From: a virus
Lineage: Duplodnaviria; Heunggongvirae; Uroviricota; Caudoviricetes
Strand: one strand, 5' to 3'
DNA length: 41,901 nucleotides
IMG/VR virus record: IMGVR_UViG_2541047898_000007
Under the pieces are notes generated by a model, which was not told the DNA's origin, did not search any database, and was given only the letters and a program-made list of their open reading frames with translations. Below, piece after piece: positions 37,102 through 41,901 of this stretch. Within the stretch, counting starts at the first letter, position 1, and each line of letters starts with the position of its first letter. A program made the position numbers and the translations under genes.

Positions 37102-38301
37102 ATGGCTTTGAACCTCGACACGCTGGGGCTATCGGCAACGGTAACCGCCCAGGGGATTAGTGCGCCTGATTACCAGACAATCCTTGATACACTGACCAGC
37201 TATTTCAGGCAGATTTACGGTAGTGATGCCTACCTCGAACCAGACAGCAAAGATGGGCAAATGGTCGCGCTGGTGGCTCTTGCGGTGCATGACGCTAACA
37301 ATACCGCTATCGAGATCTACAACTCTTTTTCACCGACGACAGCGCAGGCCGCAGCGCTTAGCAACAATGTGAAAATTAACGGGATCACGCGAAAAGTAGC
37401 GACAAACTCTACTGCTGACCTTCTGTTAACCGGTACGGCAGGCACGACTATCACGAATGGCTCCGCACGGGATAAAAACGGCATTATCTGGAATTTTCCA
37501 GCGAGTGTGGCGATCGGCGTTGATGGTACTGTGCTGGTGACGGCCACATGTGCGAATAGCGGTTCGGTTGCGGCGCTGGCCGGGACTATTACCACTATCA
37601 ACACCCCGACCCGAGGTTGGGTGTCGGTAACCAATCCAGTTGCGGCTACTGTCGGTTCACCAGCCGAAACCGACGCAGAGCTGCGCATTCGGCAGGGGCA
37701 AAGCGTCGCGCTACCATCGATCACACCGTTTGAAGGTGTCGACGGTGCTATCGCTAATGTTGCTGGCGTGACACGTCACAAACTATATGAGAACGACACT
37801 GGGGCAACCGACAGCAACGGGCTGCCGCCACACTCTATTTCCGCCATCGTCGATGGAGGGGATGTTACCGAGATAGCCCAAACAATCCGGGGGAATAAAG
37901 GGCAGGGAACCGCAACTTACGGTAAAACTTCTGTCACGGTGCCGGATACTTACGGTAATCCACACGTCATCAGTTTTTCGCGCTCTACCGATGTGCCAAT
38001 TTTCGTAGCCATTACCCTGAAAGTTTTTACCGGCTATACCTCTCAAATCGGCGAGCAGATTAAACAGGCTGTTGCCGATTATATAAATGGCCTAACAATT
38101 GGCGACGACGTTCTGCTGAGCCGTATTTATTCCCCGGCAAACCTCGGCGTTGTGAGCGGCGGGAATGCCCGCTATTACGATATTACCGACCTGCTGATCG
38201 GTAAGTCGTCTGGCAGCGTATCGGCATCAAACATTGATATTGCCTATGATGCTTCTGCGTCCTGTAGCACCGCGAATATCAGTATCACGGTGACCTCATG
38301 A
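37102..38301 (+). CDS. Baseplate J-like protein (Mu gp47-like)
   Basis: 399 aa; position and size. Confidence 0.6.
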   Translation: MALNLDTLGLSATVTAQGISAPDYQTILDTLTSYFRQIYGSDAYLEPDSKDGQMVALVALAVHDANNTAIEIYNSFSPTTAQAAALSNNVKINGITRKVATNSTADLLLTGTAGTTITNGSARDKNGIIWNFPASVAIGVDGTVLVTATCANSGSVAALAGTITTINTPTRGWVSVTNPVAATVGSPAETDAELRIRQGQSVALPSITPFEGVDGAIANVAGVTRHKLYENDTGATDSNGLPPHSISAIVDGGDVTEIAQTIRGNKGQGTATYGKTSVTVPDTYGNPHVISFSRSTDVPIFVAITLKVFTGYTSQIGEQIKQAVADYINGLTIGDDVLLSRIYSPANLGVVSGGNARYYDITDLLIGKSSGSVSASNIDIAYDASASCSTANISITVTS

Positions 38302-38978
38302 GCAAATACACCGAACTGATCACTAACTACCACGCTACCAAGCCACTCTTTTTTGACCATATAGATCTGAGCACCCGCCCGCTGATTGATGTGTCCAGCA
38401 CTATGTCAGGGCTTATAACAGCCTTCGATATTGATACTGCTGTCGGTGTACAGCTCGACATCCTCGGTCTGTGGATCGGACGCAGTCGCATAGTCAGCCA
38501 GCCAATTAGCGGAGTTTATTTCAGCTGGGACACTGACGGGCTTGGATATGACCAGGGCATCTGGCAGGGGCCATATGATCCTGATTCTGGCTATACGACG
38601 CTAAGCGATGAGACGTACCGCATCATTCTGAAAGCGAAAATCGCTATCAACAACTGGGACGGCCGGAACGATTCTCTGCCTCCCATCCTTGACGCTGCGA
38701 CTGCAGGTTCAGGCCTGAAGATGCAGATCGTCGACAACCAGGACATGACGATATCGGTCTGGGTATTCCCCGAGACTGATATTTCTGATGTGTCACTCGA
38801 ACTGATAGCTGCTATCAAACAGGGCTATCTCACCGTTAAAGCTGCTGGCGTATGGGCCGGTGATGTTGAAACGCCTTCGGTAGAAGCACCATCCGAGGGC
38901 TCTAAATTCTTTGGGTTTGATATGGATAACGAATACATCGGTGGGTTCGATGTTGGGGCATGGGGGACAATACTCTAA
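38298..38978 (+). CDS. Baseplate / tail protein I-like (Mu gp48-like)
   Basis: 226 aa; follows the J-like gene with 4 bp overlap. Confidence 0.5.
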   Translation: MSKYTELITNYHATKPLFFDHIDLSTRPLIDVSSTMSGLITAFDIDTAVGVQLDILGLWIGRSRIVSQPISGVYFSWDTDGLGYDQGIWQGPYDPDSGYTTLSDETYRIILKAKIAINNWDGRNDSLPPILDAATAGSGLKMQIVDNQDMTISVWVFPETDISDVSLELIAAIKQGYLTVKAAGVWAGDVETPSVEAPSEGSKFFGFDMDNEYIGGFDVGAWGTIL

Positions 38979-39889
38979 TGGCAATAAATAACTTTAAACC
39001 TTTCGCGACAGCAGCAAATGCTAACGTGACGGCCCAGGCTGACTGGGAAACACTTCCGGCTCTACTCTCTGGTTTCATGGCAGGAAAGGCATCCAGTGCG
39101 CAGGTAAACAAAGCTATTCGACAGGCCAGCTTTATTGCGGCAGCACTGGCACAGTACACGGCCAACAAAAGTGGGCTGGACGTTCTTGATGATGGTGACC
39201 TGAACGGGTTTATCTCCAAAATGGGGACCGCTTTTGGGAAAGATTTCCAGGCGCTTGACGCCACGCTGACGGCATTGGCTGGGCTCGCAACTGGTGCAAA
39301 TAAACTCCCGTATTTCACTGGAACTGATACAGCAGCTCAGACTGATTTAACTTCTGTTGGCCGTGACATTATTGGGAAAAATACTATTGCTGACATTCTC
39401 ACATACCTTGGTTTGGGAGAAGGCTCTGCATTACCTGTTGGTGTGCCTGTTCCATGGCCTTCAGCCACACCGCCAACAGGCTGGCTGAAATGCAACGGTG
39501 CGGCATTTTCTGCTGAAGAATACCCGGAACTGGCAAAGGCTTATCCAACAAATAAATTACCTGATTTACGCGGTGAGTTTATTCGTGGCTGGGATGACGG
39601 GCGCGGTATTGATGCAGGACGTGTTTTATTGAGTATTCAGGCCGGAATGCTGGAAAAGCACCGTCATCCTGTTGTCGCCAACGATGGGTATGACTCAAAA
39701 GAGGAATGGGAACTGGCGACAATCTTCAGAAGAGCATATACGCAAGGCAGGGGGCTTGATGCTGCCGCTGCCGGAGGGAGTCTGATCCCATCACCGACAC
39801 TTCATTCACGAGGGAGTATCGGTAATACTGGCGGGAGTGAAACCCGTCCACGAAATATTGCATTTAACTATATCGTGAGGGCTGCATAA
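38978..39889 (+). CDS. Tail fibre protein; constant N-terminal part up to about 39408 and invertible variable C-terminal part
   Basis: Start at ATG 38978 (TAATG overlap with upstream stop) within track ORF 38960-39889; C-terminal tail-collar-like motif PWPSATPPTGWLKCNGAAFSAEEYPELAKAYP; a hix-like crossover site lies inside the gene. Confidence 0.7.
   Translation: MAINNFKPFATAANANVTAQADWETLPALLSGFMAGKASSAQVNKAIRQASFIAAALAQYTANKSGLDVLDDGDLNGFISKMGTAFGKDFQALDATLTALAGLATGANKLPYFTGTDTAAQTDLTSVGRDIIGKNTIADILTYLGLGEGSALPVGVPVPWPSATPPTGWLKCNGAAFSAEEYPELAKAYPTNKLPDLRGEFIRGWDDGRGIDAGRVLLSIQAGMLEKHRHPVVANDGYDSKEEWELATIFRRAYTQGRGLDAAAAGGSLIPSPTLHSRGSIGNTGGSETRPRNIAFNYIVRAA
39396..39421. other. Left invertase crossover site (hix/gix-like, 26 bp) inside the tail fibre gene
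   Basis: TTCTCACATACC TT GGTTTGGGAGAA; 15 bp (39408-39422) is a perfect inverted copy of 41267-41281. Confidence 0.6.
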
Positions 39890-40491
39890 TGGATAACGCC
39901 GTATTAAATAGCGAGCTTATTACCACGAAGGCGGGGAATATTACCGTCTATAACTATGATGGTGAGACGCGGGAATATATTTCTGCATCAACTGAATATC
40001 TTGCAGTGGGTGTCGGTATTCCAGCATATTCCTGTTTAGACGCTCCTGGTACATCTAAGGCTGGTTATACAATTTGCCGTTCTGTGGATTTAAAATCATG
40101 GGAATATGTGTCAGACCATCGCGGTGAAATCGTCTATAACACCGAAACGGGAGATGCCAAAGAAATCACAGCACTAGGCGACTATCCCGAAAATACAACC
40201 ACTATCGCCCCGTTAACGCCATACGATAAATGGGATGGTGAAAAATGGGTGACAGATACTGAGGCACAACACGGTGCCGCAGTAGAAGCGGCAGAAGCAC
40301 AGCGCCAGTCACTGATTGATGCAGCAATGGCTTCCATCAGTCTGATTCAACTGAAATTGCAGGCCGGACGTAAACCGACGCAGGCAGAAACAACCAGACT
40401 TAACGCTGTGCTGGATTACATTGACGCGGTGACGGCAACAGATACCAGCACCGCGCCGGACGTCATCTGGCCTGAACTGCCGGAGGCGTAG
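39889..40491 (+). CDS. Tail fibre assembly protein (U-like)
   Basis: 200 aa; ATGA overlap with the fibre stop; C-terminus ...DVIWPELPEA. Confidence 0.6.
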   Translation: MDNAVLNSELITTKAGNITVYNYDGETREYISASTEYLAVGVGIPAYSCLDAPGTSKAGYTICRSVDLKSWEYVSDHRGEIVYNTETGDAKEITALGDYPENTTTIAPLTPYDKWDGEKWVTDTEAQHGAAVEAAEAQRQSLIDAAMASISLIQLKLQAGRKPTQAETTRLNAVLDYIDAVTATDTSTAPDVIWPELPEA

Positions 40492-40903
40492 GCCATTCAA
40501 TATCTGGAGCACTGGAAATATCAACCATTTCCAGTGCGTCCAGATAATCAAGCCATGAATTATATTGCGCCAGCTCCTCACCTTTCAGACGACCAATAGC
40601 AGCCTTTCCTGGCCACTGCTTACTGTTAATATATTCATTAACTCGATTTATGAGTGCCTGTTTTTTTCGTTCCGCTTCTGACAGTTGTTCTTCATGAGTT
40701 AGCGGCGGTACGTCATCCCATGCAGGATAGCCATCATCACCCGCAACTCTCACCTTCCCTGGAGGTGGGGACAGGTACTTAATAAATATATCCTCATCAA
40801 CTTCAACTCCATTATGAGGCCATAACCCAGACTCCTTATACTGACTTTCCAGAGTAAATGGGTAAAACATATTAGTTTTTGCATCGTAAAGATATTTACT
40901 CAT
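40463..40903 (-). CDS. Alternative tail fibre assembly protein (U'-like) within the invertible segment
   Basis: Start taken at the internal ATG (plus 40901-40903; MSKYLYDAKTNMFYPF) one nt after the upstream stop; C-terminus ...DIEWPTPPAVQAR parallels the + strand copy. Confidence 0.55.
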   Translation of the reverse strand: MSKYLYDAKTNMFYPFTLESQYKESGLWPHNGVEVDEDIFIKYLSPPPGKVRVAGDDGYPAWDDVPPLTHEEQLSEAERKKQALINRVNEYINSKQWPGKAAIGRLKGEELAQYNSWLDYLDALEMVDISSAPDIEWPTPPAVQAR

Positions 40904-40904
40904 T

Positions 40905-41300
40905 TTATCTTCCTGTAGCAAACCAGCGGCAACCAGCGACAGTTGGAACATTGAAGGATGGATTTCCTTTATCAAGAGATCCCAGGTTCTCTGCTATGAC
41001 ATTTGAGTTAGTCAATTTATAGAATTGCCATACTGACATTTTCCCTGCCACAGGAGCCTGGTCATGTTCATTAATAGAAATGACGGCTGTCGGAAATGGG
41101 ATAGGAAAATTAATCAAAACTTCATTTGTTGTGGCCTCAGTTAGCCCCCATTGTTCAATATAACCATCCGGGCTTCGTCTCCATCCCGTCGTTGTATCTC
41201 CCCCACACTCCCACGCTGACATATCAGGAATTTGGTTTTGCCCGTTACCCACATCCCGTTTTGCCGCTTCTCCCAAACCAACCTTTTTTATAACCATCAA
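40905..41300 (-). CDS. Alternative variable tail-fibre C-terminal segment (S'v-like), expressed only after inversion fuses it to the constant part
   Basis: 131 aa ORF whose 5' region crosses the right hix-like site; shares the GLGE crossover-encoded peptide with the + strand fibre. Confidence 0.55.
   Translation of the reverse strand: MMVIKKVGLGEAAKRDVGNGQNQIPDMSAWECGGDTTTGWRRSPDGYIEQWGLTEATTNEVLINFPIPFPTAVISINEHDQAPVAGKMSVWQFYKLTNSNVIAENLGSLDKGNPSFNVPTVAGCRWFATGR
41268..41293. other. Right invertase crossover site (hix/gix-like, 26 bp)
   Basis: TTCTCCCAAACC AA CCTTTTTTATAA, close to the hixL consensus TTCTTGAAAACCAAGGTTTTTGATAA as I recall it. Confidence 0.6.
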
Positions 41301-41352
41301 AAATCTGGTGATGCTTCGCCGTTTCTCCTGTTTTCATAACAGGAGAAATCCC

Positions 41353-41901
41353 ATGATTTACGGTTATGCCCGAGTATCAACAAACCACCAGGACACTGAA
41401 TTGCAACTAACGGCGCTCAAGTCAGCGGGTTGTGAGAAAATTTTTGAAGAGCATGCCAGCGGGAGGAAATCGAATCGGCCGGTTCTAAAACGGCTGATCG
41501 CCACTATGCAGCCGGGGGATGAACTGGTGGTCTGGAAGCTGGACAGGATAGGCCGCAACGTTCTGCATGCGCTGTTGATGTTCCAGCAGTTACAGGAAAA
41601 GGGTATCAACTTCCGCAGTATTACCGATGGCGTGGATCTCAAAACAGCCAGCGGCCGCTATAACTTTCGTAACATCCTTTCCGCAGCACAATATGAATCT
41701 GATCTTAATAGCGAACGTACCTTAGCAGGGCTGGCCGTAGCCAGGGCAAAAGGGCGAGTTGGTGGTCGCAGGCCTAAGTTCACGGATGAGCAATGGCGGG
41801 AAATGGGGGAGCGGATGGCAACCGGTGAATCACGACAAAGCGTATCAAAAACGTATGGAGTAGGGCTCTCAACTCTGTATAAAAAGTTTCCAGCTAGCTG
41901 A
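41353..41901 (+). CDS. Serine recombinase, DNA invertase (Gin/Hin/Cin/Pin family)
   Basis: Start at ATG 41353 (RBS aggag) within track ORF 41308-41901; MIYGYARVSTNHQDTELQ with catalytic Ser, resolvase core, C-terminal HTH; stop coincides with the window end. Confidence 0.85.
   Translation: MIYGYARVSTNHQDTELQLTALKSAGCEKIFEEHASGRKSNRPVLKRLIATMQPGDELVVWKLDRIGRNVLHALLMFQQLQEKGINFRSITDGVDLKTASGRYNFRNILSAAQYESDLNSERTLAGLAVARAKGRVGGRRPKFTDEQWREMGERMATGESRQSVSKTYGVGLSTLYKKFPAS

Larger units (their letters stand above)
39408..41281. mobile_element. Invertible tail-fibre host-range segment (Mu G / P1 C segment-like), about 1.87 kb
   Basis: Bounded by inverted hix-like sites; contains variable tail-fibre C-terminus plus assembly gene on the + strand and an alternative assembly gene plus start-less alternative fibre C-terminus on the - strand; adjacent serine invertase. 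Confidence 0.6.

Noticed and set aside
40904-40975. Longer N-terminal extension of the alternative tail fibre assembly ORF (track 40463-40975)
   Set aside because: The extension overlaps the upstream alternative fibre C-terminus by about 70 nt; an internal ATG one nt after that stop gives a Tfa-like N-terminus and normal coupling
1-41901. rRNA, tRNA or tmRNA genes anywhere in the window
   Set aside because: No stretch with recognisable tRNA cloverleaf features (conserved T-loop GTTC-type motif with matching acceptor stem) or rRNA-like conservation was seen by eye; a dedicated tRNA scan would be needed to be certain

Overview
The window reads as one essentially complete ~42 kb temperate prophage of an enterobacterial-type host, bounded by a tyrosine integrase at the left edge and a serine DNA invertase at the right edge. 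All calls are from reading the sequence and the supplied ORF track; no database search was run, so family names are recalled similarities, not hits. Left to right: int with a convergent AlpA-like xis; a leftward early operon with a Bet/RecT-family annealing protein and a very large RecE-like exonuclease; a lambda-like immunity region (cI, divergent cro-like, cII-like, O with ori iterons inside the gene, P); a nin-like block (DUF1367-like, YbcO-like, RusA, YlcG-like, Q-like antiterminator); a lysis cassette (two holin-like proteins, GH19 endolysin, nested Rz/Rz1); a head module; a contractile tail with Mu-like baseplate; and a Gin/Hin-type invertible tail-fibre segment. The best candidates for undescribed cargo are three insertions into otherwise syntenic modules: (i) a convergent pair in the baseplate operon (signal-peptide protein plus DUF4236-like protein, 35127-35997), (ii) a membrane protein between Q and the holin (15856-16425), and (iii) an HExxH-motif protein between the lysis cassette and terminase (18831-19451). 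No rRNA, tRNA or CRISPR array was recognised.
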